Source of the DNA: Camelus dromedarius
Taxonomy: Eukaryota
Direction: 5' to 3'
Length of the DNA stretch: 64,000 nt
Assembly: GCF_036321535.1 (NCBI RefSeq)
Contig: NC_087437.1
Location: 111,602,001 to 111,666,000, forward strand
Shown here: piece by piece, positions 22,981 through 34,673 of the stretch
Position numbering within the stretch: the stretch's first letter is position 1
Layout: the number at the start of each line of letters is the position of its first letter
The notes under the pieces: model-generated
Database searches by the model: none
Seen by the model: only the letters and a program-made list of their open reading frames with translations
Told to the model about the DNA's origin: nothing
Position numbers and translations under genes: made by a program

Positions 22981-25900
22981 TTTCATCAATACTTGGTTAT
23001 ATGTCAAATAAATCATGAATCAGGTCATTAGATGAGTAATTTGGTGATTCCTGGAATTTCTATCAGCTTGTCTTCTAGTCTGAGGAAATACTGCTCTGTG
23101 TTCTGTTAGGAGATCTGTGGTGAGCACGTGAGGACATGGCCTTTTATGGCTTACTGGGGATTTAGAGTCTCTAATAGGAAAAGCCCATGGTGTTGACCCT
23201 GAGCCCCTGGTCTGGCAAGCCTGCTATGCCTGTGGAAAAGACTAGTTGTGGGCAGGCCAGGGGGAGCACCCTGAGCAGTTGTGAACTGATGGAACAGTAT
23301 TAAGAGACAAGGGTGTGCTCAAAATTCAGGCTGTAAAGGGCAATACTCGTGTTAGTAAAGGCAGATTGAATTCTAATTGTTCACACAGATTATTTTCTTT
23401 TCTGTGGTTAATTGCAACCACCAAGTTTGTTTTCAACCAGAGTGGACCTGACCTGAGAGACCGCAGGGAGAGGTAGGAAACAGTCAAAAACTCTATTCAG
23501 TTTCTGCCTGTGTGTCCTTGGGCAAATTATCATGTCTCTTTGCAAAGACAGAGAGAATGGGAGAACTTGCCAGTATTACTCAGCTGTTAAGTGGTGGAGC
23601 CACTCATCAGTGTATCTTAAGCCTGATTTAAAAACAAAGGAACAGAAGTTGCCAGTGCCTATCCCATCTTTAGCCAGAGACATAGGAGATGAGGTGTGAA
23701 GCAGAAGTACAGATCGATGCTTCAGACCAAGTCAGCCCAATGCAGGGGATCCTTGATACTGGGTCTTTAACCCCACTTGTTCAGATACCAAGCTCACCAG
23801 TTAGCCTCTGGATAGTGACATGGCTTTCTAGGTAAAAGACCTGCACGGAGAGAAAGGACTTTATTTGCCCCCAAAACATTCTGGTCTATTGAAGGTAGGC
23901 ATTACTGTTCCTGGGACATTCTAAGCTGGTATCCACTTTAGGGCCTTTGCACTTGCTGTTCCCTCCCTCTGAAACTGCCCAGACCTCACATGGCTCATAT
24001 TCTCATTTCATGTGGGCTCTTCCTGTCTATCTCTCACTATCTTCTTACCCTCCTCTATTTTCCTTTATTGCCTTTATCACCTACTGGTGATATTAGATAT
24101 TCATTTGTTTGTCAAACTCCTTCATTAAAATGTGCACTCTATAATGGCACAAAACAAAGTTCAGTGCTCCATTCTCAGTGCCTAGAACAGGGCTTGTCAC
24201 CTTGTAGGGCTCAATAAATACGTGTTGAATAAATAAATGTTGATATAATTGGATACAAAGACCTGGGTCTTGGGCTTGGTTAATGTTAATCCATCCTAAA
24301 GGGCAGGTTGACCAGGAATGCTGTCAAAAAGCCTCAGAATGCAAGTTTTCGAGTCTACAACCTTGTGAACTGGCCCCTGAACTGTGGTGAATTAACCAAC
24401 GCAAGAGTCCGGCCTTTAATAGCCAATCAATTCATCTCCAGTGGCCATATTTCTCATTCACACCTTTAAGTAAGTGTGTTTATTTATTCCCATTTCAATC
24501 TAACAGGGTTAAATTCAACTTCTGGAAAGGGGTAAAAAAGAGAGGCTCAATCATGTCAAGTTCATATTAGAGCATGTTTATCATGGACTCTCAGGATCTG
24601 AGAAGTATGCATTACTGTACACAAGATGAAGTCGTCCTGACAGGTTACCCTGCATTATTTCATCTAGTTAAAAGCTAATTAATGCAATTACACGATAAAG
24701 AGGAGAGATATGGAATTTCTTTCTCTATTCTGATACAAGTTTTAATCTCTGGTGATGAATGTTTTAGTACGACTTTTATCTGAGATCAAGAATGTTATCT
24801 GCTTGGTTATCAGTAAGACTGAAGCATTCCTTCAAAGGCAGTCACTATGAACTCTAGTGAAGGACACAGTGTCCATAGGCTAAAAAGATAAATAAACCTA
24901 CAGCAATGTTTGCTATGTGCATTGCATTATATAACCAGCCATCACAGATTCAAAAAAATATTACCCAGTGGACTTACCCTCAAGAGACTTACAGTATCAC
25001 TGAGACTATGACACACCTGTTAAGTTCAGTCACAATAAAGAACTTAACCAAGAACCCAAGAAGATATGAGATGCTACAAGGCCATATAATAACTATCAAA
25101 TGAATTATTTGAGCAATAGATATATCACATTAGTATGATCCAGGTTAGGTCGTTGTGAGATTCTTATTGAAATGATAATAAAGCAGAGAAGAAAACAGAA
25201 ACATCAAATTTGCCTTTTTTATTTCTCTGAGGCAACACAGAAGAAGAGTAGAAAATGTGCCTCTTGTCTAATAGGGAAGAAGCTAGCCATATGTATGAGG
25301 CCAGCTGATAAAAATCATAACATAGATGATGTTTGACTTCATAAATATCCCCAGGTCCACTGTCTGCTCATCCACCTCCCCACAAACATATACCTTCTTG
25401 CTGCCCCCATCTTCCAAAACCCCAACAGTTGCAGCTTTCCCGGAAATCATCTCCCTGGAAAATGCCTTTTGCTGCCTTCCTCCCCATGCTATGTCTCCCT
25501 TCTTTCCCACCCTTTCCCCTTAACCTCTTTCCTTACAAAAGTGTTTTTAGCTAGCCATCAGAAAGTAGAGAAATTTGGTAAATTTACCACAAGGTGTTGG
25601 AGAATAATACCAATTTACAGCCAGTCCATGAATATTTTTACACTTTAAAAGAGGACATTTGGAGATCACAACTCTGCAAGTGAATGTTTAGTAGTTGCAT
25701 TTTAGTCACTACGGCATTGAATGGGCACTGGGGAGTGGGGTTACGGACAGGCAGGTCATGGACCAGGAGAAGAAGAACTTCTGAACATTGTGCAGGAAGC
25801 TGCCTCTGAATTCTGGCCATTATCCCATAGGTTACGTTTTATAATTAGGGGCATGCCTCCATGTTTAAAAATATACTTTCAAATCCATTCAGGAAATTAT

Positions 25901-26007
25901 GCACAGATCCTGCTGGGACAATTCCCACAAGAGCCATATCCTCAATAAATATGTATTATGTTGACCAGGGTCTCAGATCAGACTACTCAAAAATTCTAGG
26001 TTATTAA

Positions 26008-26160
26008 GGGAGAGGATATAGTTCAGTGGTACAGTGTGTGCTTAGTATGCACGGGGACCTGGGTTCAATCCCCAGTACCTCCATTAAAAAAATAAATTAA
26101 AAAATCAAAAGTCTAATTACCTCCTCCTCCCCTAAAATTTTTTTTAGTCAATTAAAAAAA
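26008..26160 (+). mobile_element. tRNA-derived SINE (Vic-1-like)
   Basis: A/B boxes (GGTTCAATCCCCAGTACCTCC), A-rich tail, TSD CTAGGTTATT (25996-26005 / 26163-26172). Confidence 0.88.
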
Positions 26161-26229
26161 TACTAGGTTATTGAGTTCATAGCCCTATTCTTTGCACAGC
26201 AGGATGTAGCAAAATCCATACCCAATTTA

Positions 26230-29200
26230 GAAATTAAAATATCAATGATAAATTTCAAAGCTATTGTGAAAACTGGTCTAACATCTTAATCATTGAACAG
26301 AAATAAGAGAAAATATTAAAAATGTGGATAACAATGTATTCAAATTAATAGATGGTATGAAAATTTTATACCCACAAGCAAAATGTATGTTCTTTTAAAA
26401 TAACATGGAACAATCATAAAAACTGACTACCTTCTAGGCCACAAAGGAGGCCCCAGTAAAGTCTAAAAAAATCAACATCATACAGACCGTGTTCTCTGAC
26501 CATCAGGCAATAAAATTTGACCTTGATAATAAGAAGATAGGCTTTTAAAAATCCCATAAGCCTTGGAAAGGGAAAAAAAAAAACCTTCTAAGTAATCCTC
26601 AGAAAACATTAGGGAAATTATGAAAGACTTGAAATACAATAAAATGAACACTTTATGTTGTTTAACCTGTGAGACACAAGTCTTAGAGGAAAATGTATAG
26701 TTTTAAGCACATTAATGAAGAAAAGTTGATAACAAATGAACTAATATATATTCAAATCAAAAAACTGGAAAAAGTACAATAGAACCAACCCAAAAAATAA
26801 GAAGTAAAAACAAGCAAAGGTAAGGAGAGAAATCAATTACAAAGAGAATAAAAAAACACTAAAAAGTATTCACAGATCAAAAGTTGACTGTTTTTTGTTT
26901 TCAGATTAAATCATCAAACCTGTTGCAAGCTTAATGAGGAAGAAAAAAGAAAAGCTGCAAAACAGCAAAATACAGGAGTAAAGGGAGAAATCAACACACA
27001 AACTTAGATTTTTAAATAATAAAGAATATTAGAAACAACAATTCACAAAACTTTCAAAGCTAAAAGAAATGAATACATTTCTGGGAAAAGGTAAAAATCC
27101 CAAGGCTGACCAAAAAAAAAAAAAAAAAACCTAGGAAATTTTAATTGATCAATAATTCTTAAAACAATATGATAATCAAACTTTACCCTGAGGTGCAGAT
27201 GATTTTTCAGGTAAGTTCTTGCAATCTTTTAAGAAACAGATACTTCCTATTTTATTCAGTTTGCTTCATAAAACAGAAAAGAAAGAAAGCACCCCAACTT
27301 CTTTTATGAAACTAATAAAACCTCAGATACAAAACTAACTGTGGATAATACACAGTAAGAAAATGATGGGCTTATTTCGCTACAGACATAGATGAGTGTA
27401 AATAAAGTATTAGCTCACCTAATCCAACACTGCACTTCAAAAAAAACAAGAAATACAAGGATGCTTTTATATCATTTTTATATTAATGGATTCAAGGAGA
27501 AAATCAATTATCTCAATAGATGGGAAAAGGCATTTGAAAAAATACCTATTTATGATTTTTTAAATTCACACAAAACTAGGAATAGAAGGCACTTTCATTC
27601 TTTAATAAAGACTATATGTACCAAAAACCTGCAGCAACTAGTATGCATAATGGAAAGATTTCAGATGCATTTGAATTATGTCTGGTACAATAGGAAGGTA
27701 GAGATGGATGTACACTATTTACACTTCTATCTATTACTAGAGGTCCTGGCTAATGAGATAAGGTAAGACAAAGAAATAAGATATGAAAGAATTATAAGAG
27801 ATACAATGCTCATCTACTTAGAAAATTCACCAGAAATACGAGCTTAATAAGAGTTTAGCAAGGTTGTCAGATATAAGATCAAGTTACCAAAATCAGTACC
27901 ATTACCTCTACACTAGCAATAATTAATTTAAAAATGTAATAGAAAAAAAGACACCATTCACAAAGGAAAAAAAACCCTGTAAATTATTTCAGAACTGAGC
28001 TAGAAAAGACTGCACGGCACCTTTAAGGAAAAAATTGTAAAAGAAGTTCAGACTATAAAACTACGCCATTTCAGTGAAAATTAAGAAACTCAAAAAATCA
28101 TGATAAATTTGTATGGAAAAATAAAGGACTATGAGTGGCTAAGTCAAAAAGTTATAATACTCAAATTAGAATGGCAAATTAGAATGCAAAAGAATAGACA
28201 AATAGCCCAGCAGAACAGAATACAGACTCAAAAACAGACCTATGTCATTGAGATATAAGTTAACAATTCTGAAATTACTTTCATGTATCCTGGAATTGAA
28301 CGAATAAGTAAGTGAATGGAGGATGATGGGGGTGCCACTAGCTTTTTCACTGTTAAAGAGATAAGTTACTTGTAAGCAAGAAGGTAAGTCCAGAATGAAC
28401 CCTGTGGGACTGGATAAGAGTTGGAGACATTATGATCTTATGTTTAGCTTAACAGAAGTGGATGGATACAGAAATAAGTATAGATATGTATTCTACCTGA
28501 GTTTATACACATGCATACATTTCCTAGCTCTGTTCATTGACAGGGTCTAGAAGCAGCAACACCCCGGTTAACAATGAGCACACCCAGTGCCCAGATCTTG
28601 AGTTCTAATACCATTATCAAATAAAAGGGACCAGTGATCCTTGGAGAAATGGCTAAATATAAGGCTGTGACCGGGCACATATAAAATGAGCCTGGAGTAC
28701 CTTGTAGTACTAGAAAACAAGAACCCTTTAAAAAAAAGGGGGGGGGGTGGTATGTGAAAGGGACATAGGAACCAACCTGAAGTAGTTCCCAATGGAACAA
28801 TTTGTGTGACATGATAATTAACAATCTGAGTGACAAAAATCCAAATAATTGGATCATAATTTCAGGTATAAAATAAATATACAAAGTCTGTGCTGTTACA
28901 AAAAATATTAAATGGGGGAGAAGATCTTCCTTACAAAGTGAGAGTCCTTACAAATTTTTCCTATACAAATAATCCAAGTAATATGTAGATACTCCCTGCT
29001 CCAAGAAATGGAGCTTAGTTCACAACAGTTCCTCCTCCCTCCTCTAGTGCAGGCTTAGTGACCAACTTCCAAAGATTCAAGCATGGAAAAAGAAAAATGG
29101 TAACTTTATAGTGGAGAAACATGGCAACACTGCCTTAACCAAGGGATCACGGTTAACATCATCAGTGACAAATTGTGTTGCTATCATGGACCCTTGATGT

Positions 29201-29670
29201 GATGTGATGAGAAAGTTTATAGCATTCACATTGATAGCATCCTTCCCCAAAATCCATAACCCCAGAAAGACGTCAGACAAATCTAAACTGAGGGACAGTC
29301 TAAAAAATATATCACTGCTACTTTTAAAAACTGTCAAGATCATGAAAAAAAAAAACAAGGAAAAACTGGGAAACTGTCAAAGATCAGATGAGACTGGGGA
29401 GACATGACAACAGAATGCACTGTGATACCCTGGACTGGATCCTGGGATGGGAAAAGAACTCTAGGGGGAAAGTTGACGAAATACAAATAAAGTCTGGAGT
29501 TTAGTTAATAGCAATGTGCAAAAGCTGGTTTCTTAGTTTTAACCAATGTACCATAGAAGCATGAAAAAATGGACATGAGATGAAACTGGGTGAAGGTGTA
29601 CAGAATCCTTCTCTCTTCAACTTTTCTGTAAATCTAGAATTATTCCAAAACTAAAAGTTTATTCAAAAGG
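26230..29670 (+). mobile_element. Large decayed L1 (ORF2 remnant plus L1M-type 3' region)
   Basis: A-rich plus strand with L1 ORF2 motifs (TTCTCTGACCA, CTCAATAGATG..AAAAGGCATTTGA, CTAGAGGTCCTGGCTAATG, CAAGGTTGTCAGATATAAGATCAA). Ends in TTCCAAAACTAAAAGTTT. Confidence 0.8.
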
Positions 29671-29725
29671 AAACAAAGACCCATGCATACATAGGATCTT
29701 GGTATGTGGTAAAGACAACAGTGAA

Positions 29726-31910
29726 TTTTCCACCAGAACATAGGTGCTGTGAAAACCCCCACTGAATCTAAGCCAGAATGGGAAAGAAAAAGATTCACAT
29801 CAACACTGTCATCACTTGACATGTAGATTCAGGCAAGTCTACCACTGACGGCCATATGATCCACAAGGGTGGTAGGACTGACAAAAGAAGCACTGAAAAA
29901 TCTGAGAAGGAGGCTGCTGAGATGGGAAAGTGCTCCTTTCAAGGATGCCTGGGTCTTGGATGAACTGAAAGATGAACGTGAGTGCAGTATCACCACTGAT
30001 AGGAGGTATCACCATTGATAACTCCCTGTGGAAATTCAAGACCAACACATGTGACCATGGTTGATGCTCCAGGACCCAGAGACTTTGTCAAAACCACAAT
30101 CACAGGCACAGCTCAGCCAGACTGTGCTGTCCAGCTTGTTGCTGATGATGTTGGCGAATTTGAAGCAAGTGTCTCCAAGAACAAGCAGACCTATGAGCAT
30201 GCCCTTCTGGCTTACACGCTGGGTGTGAAACAACTAATTTTTCAGGTTAACAAAAGGGATTCCTACAGCTAGAAAGAGATATAAAGAAATGATTAAGGAA
30301 GTCAGCACCTACATTAAGAAAATTGGCCATAACCCTGACACAAGAGCATTTGTGCCAGTTCTGGTTGGAATGGTGACAACATGCTGGAGCCATGGAAAGT
30401 CATTCATAAAGATGGCAATGCCAGTGGAACCACAGTGCCTGAAGCCCTGGATGGCATCCTGCCACCAACTCATCCAGCTGACAAGCCCTTTTGTCTGTCC
30501 CTCCAGGACATTTACAACATTGATGGAATTGGTACTGTCCCCAAGGGGACTGGTATTCTTAAACCCAGCATGGTGGTCACCTTGGCTCCAGTCAACATTA
30601 CAATGAAGTCAAGTTTGTTGAAATGCTCCATGAAGCTTCAAGTAAAGCTCTTCCTTGGGACTACGTGTGCTTCAATGTTAAGAAGGTGTCTGTCAAAGAT
30701 GTTCACCACAGCAACATGGCTGGTGATGGCAAAAATGATCCACCAGTGGAAGAAGCTGACTTCCTGACTATTCTGAACTATCCAGGCCAAATCAGCACTG
30801 GCTACACACCTGTGTGAGATGGTCACCCAGCTCACATTGCTTGCAAATTTGCTGAGCTGGAGGACATTGATTGCTGTTCTGGGAAGAAGCTAGAAGGTGA
30901 CCCCAAGTTCTTGAAATCTGGTGATGCTGCCATGGTTGATATAGTTCCTATAAGCCCATGTATGTTGAGAGCTTCTCTGATGATCATCCTCTGGGTCATT
31001 TTGCTGTTTGTGACAGTTGCTGTGGGTATCATCAAAGCAGTGGCCAAGGAGGCTGCTGCAGTGGGCAAGGTCTGCCCAGAAAGCTTGGGAGGCTAAATTA
31101 ATATTATCCCCACTACCTGCCACCTCTCATTAAAAAATGTCAAGATCATATTAATCAGTGGTGAAAGAATGACCTCAGAACTGTTTGTCTCAATTGGCCA
31201 TTTAGGTTTAATAGTAAAAGACTGGTTAATGATACCAATGTATCATGAAAACCTTCAGAAGGAAAGGAAAGTTTTGTGAGCCATTTGTGTGTGTGTGTGG
31301 GTGGGTGGGTGGGTGGCAGTTTTAAGTTTTAGTTTCTAAAATCAGCACTTTTTTATTGTGTGGATATATTTTTTTATTTCTATTAGATAAATATTCAAAA
31401 ATGGAAATATTGGGTTACATGGTAAGTGTATTTTTACCTTTTTAAGAAACTGTCAAACTTTTCCAAAATGCTTGTACCATTGCACACCCCCACCAGCAGC
31501 GTATAAGAGTTCCGGTTGCTCCAAATTCTTGCCAACAGTTGCTGCTTTTTTTGATTGAAGTAGAGTTGATTTACAATGTTGTGTTAGTTTCAGGTGTACA
31601 GCAAAGTGATTCAGTTATGCATATTCATATATACTTTTTCAGATTCTTTTCTATTATAGGTTATTACAAGATATTGAATATAGTTCCCTGTGTTATACAG
31701 TAGAGCCTTGCTGTTTATCTGTTTTATATATATAGTAGTGTGTATCTTTAAATCCCAAACTCCTAATTTATCCATCCCACCCAGCCCTATTCCCTGTGGT
31801 AACCAGAGTTTGTTTTCTATGTCTGTGAGTTAGCACTTTTTAATAGAAACAACTTGACCAAAAATCTGGGACAGAATTTTGAGATCCCTTAAAACTAAGT
31901 TTAATGAGGA
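29726..31910 (+). pseudogene. EEF1A1P: Processed EEF1A1 pseudogene (5'UTR remnant, disrupted CDS from ATG 29778 to ~31100, 3'UTR interrupted by an insertion)
   Basis: Intronless match to EF-1alpha. 5'UTR remnant CCAGAACATAGGTGCTGTGAAAAC. Peptide fragments [59 protein letters not shown]. Many frameshifts and stops. 3'UTR motifs CTCAGAACTGTTTG and GAAACAACTTGACCAAAAAT. Confidence 0.95.
31354..31831 (-). mobile_element. 5'-truncated L1 3' end plus a second, older L1-like segment, inserted in the EEF1A1 pseudogene 3'UTR
   Basis: Flanked by the direct repeat AGCACTTTTT (31344-31353, 31832-31841). Contains the cetartiodactyl-type L1 3'-end signature TTGATTTACAATGTTGTGTTAGTTTCAGGTGTACAGC in antisense. 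Confidence 0.85.
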
Positions 31911-33439
31911 GAATAATGAGGGAAAAAAGATGGCACCTAAGATCAATGGGAAAAGCATGGTTTGATAGATTGCAAAGCATGTCCACAAACCCCTCCCAGC
32001 CTGGTGTTCAGGGCTCTTGGCAACAAGACTTTGCAGTTCCTCCCTCAGGTGGGAGCAGCATTTCTTCACCTGCCCAGGAGCCATTTGGATTTAGGGGTCT
32101 TAGCAGCCGAGTGCCACGGCCACCATGCTGCCATCTTCTCCTCATGTGATGTCCTTCTCAGAGTACTCCTGGCTTGCTAGTTTAAATTGTGACAGTTCTG
32201 TGCATTTGTATTATTTCCTTTCCTTTCTTTGGTCTTTATTAGTTCCATTTACTTTTTTTGGTGCCCATTAACATTTTAATTACATCAACGCCGCAATCTG
32301 ACTTTGTTGCTATTGAAGTCATTGGAGATCACTCATTTCAAAGAGGTTTGTTTGGGACAAATCACCCCTGGAAGTGCAGGAAGACCAATAGAATGGCAGG
32401 TAGGCCAACTTGAGAGCTCTGGAGATGAGAAAATGGTGGGGGTGGTGGTGACTAGCATACACAGGGACTGGCAGACATCCCCGAACGAGTGATGGAGGAG
32501 AGCTGTGGCAATCCATGGGGGAAGAGCATCCAGGGAGAAGCTACAGCAAATGCAAAGGCACTGAGGTAGCAATGTAATCAGAGCGGTCAGGAAACAGCAA
32601 AAGGGCCAGCGTGTCTGCGAGGGAGGGAGGGCTAGAGTGGTAAAAATGAAGTCAGTTGGAGAGTGAGCCGGACACAGTTTATGCAATTCTTGTTGACAAA
32701 GTAAGGTCTCCATAGTATTTGAATTATCTAGATTTGCAGCTGCCAAACTTGGCTCCAAACTGCCCAGAGCGCTGCAAGAAACTCACAGATTGGAATATTT
32801 TTATAAGTTGAAGGAAATACAGCAACTCCTGACTTCTGTTGCAAACTACTAACTCAGGGTAGTTCAATTTCAACATTAGATTGAGCTACTTTTCTGTCAG
32901 AGCTGTCACAGTTCCATAAAACTGGGATTTCAGTGGTTACTGTGATAAAAGCAAGGACCAAGAAAAATATACATGAAACAGAAAGTGAGGGTGACGGTGT
33001 CCAATCAGATTTCAAGATCGGATAGACAGTGACATGCCTAACGGGTGCACACACCTCCTTAATAAATCAGTTATTTAAGAGTAAAATAAAAAATATTTTT
33101 CCTTTAAATAATATATACTTTTTCCCCCAAATAGCTACCTAATTGTTAGAACATAAATACTTGTTGTTTGGATCTAGCTATTTAATAAATTTGTAACAGT
33201 TCAGTTTTGTTTTGTTTTGGTTTGGTTTTTTGGCTTAATAGTCCTGTGAAATATCATTGAGACACTAAGGGTGCCAAGAACTTAGAAAGTTTGGAAACTT
33301 CTGCTCTATACCCTTAATTGGAACTTACTTTCATTGATTCTGAATTCCTGTCAATGGACTTTGATTTGTTTTCTTCTTAGTAGCCTGAAACTTCCCCTTG
33401 GGAATGATCATTTAAATTAAAAAAAAACTTTTTTTTCTT

Positions 33440-33905
33440 CAGCCATGTTCGTTATTCACAAGCACCAAGAGGTGGATGAAACCCAAGTGTCCATCAAAAG
33501 ATAAATGGATAAACCAAATGTGGTGTATCCATACAATGGAATATTATTCAGCCTTAAAAAGGAAGGAAATTCTGACAACATGGATGAAACTTGAAGACGT
33601 TATGCTCAGTGAAAGAAACCAGTACAAAAGGACAAATACTGTATGAGCCCATTTATATGAGGGATCTACGGTAGCTAGATTTATAGAGACAGAAAATAGA
33701 CTGGTGGTTGCCAGGAGACAAAAGAATGGGGAGTTATAGTTTAATGGGTACAGAGTTTCCATTTTTGAAGAGGAAAACGTTCTGGAGATGGATGGGAGCA
33801 ATAATTGCACAACAACGTGAATGTACTCAATGTCGCTGAACTGTACACTTTAATTGGTTAAAATGGTAAATTTTATATTATGTGTGTTTTACGATAAAAA
33901 AATTA
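33440..33905 (+). mobile_element. L1 3' end (L1MB-like)
   Basis: ACCCAAGTGTCCATCAA..GATAAATGGATAAAC...GGTTAAAATGGTAAATTTTATATTATG. Confidence 0.85.
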
Positions 33906-34570
33906 TTTAGGAAATTCATGGGCCACCGTTACCATTTCTAAGGTGTAAGTTAAGATTCTCACCTACAGAGGGCGCCCTTGTCAGTTCCTAGTACATTCCC
34001 TTGCTGGGTTGCAGGAACTGTACCTTCTGAACCTGCAGTCACCTCTTTCCGCAGCACCACAGTCCTTGGCCTCCCAGACTCTCCCTCACCCTTCTGAGAC
34101 TTCTGCTAAAAGATTTTTACTTCTGTTGACCAAAGGGAAGCAGACTGGGCTCATATGTGACCATCCTTCTTTTTCCTTCCTTCTCCAAGAGACAAAGTTA
34201 CTAGAGGGACCAATGTGGTCTATGTACTTAAAAATGGTTAAGATGCTACATTTTATGTTATGCGTATTTTACCACAGTAAAAAATTATGTAGGAAAAGAA
34301 AGATTATATAGTGTCAGGACTTTGAGGATTGGAAGAGCTGATGTCAGATTCGGCTGGCATTTTGGAAGGAAGCAAGATTCCAAGAGCTCGGGCATGTCAC
34401 AGAGGGCTGGGGACAGGGATGCTTCTGGGCAGGGGAAGAAGGTGAGGAGGCGAGCCAGGCCTGAGGAGGCCAACAGAGTGGGCTGGAGGTGGGGAGACAA
34501 GGGGATATTCAGAAAGCAGGGCAGGGGAGAGTGTCTCAGCCAGTTCACAGAAAGAAAAATTCTAGTGGAG

Positions 34571-34673
34571 GTGGGAAGGGTATATAGCTCAGTGGTAGAA
34601 TGTATGCTTAGCATGCACGAGGTCCTGGGCTGAATCCCCAGTACCTTCACTTAAAAAAAAATTTTTTTTTTTT
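34571..34673 (+). mobile_element. tRNA-derived SINE (Vic-1-like, short form)
   Basis: TATAGCTCAGTGGTAGAATGTATGCTTAGCATGCACGAGGTCCTGGG; flanking repeat AATTCTRGTGGA. Confidence 0.88.

Noticed and set aside
27392..27766. 124-aa ORF
   Set aside because: Frameshifted remnant of L1 ORF2, not a host gene.
30015..31096. EF-1alpha-like ORFs as a functional gene
   Set aside because: Homology is split across several frames with stops and deletions, with no introns or promoter; a processed pseudogene.
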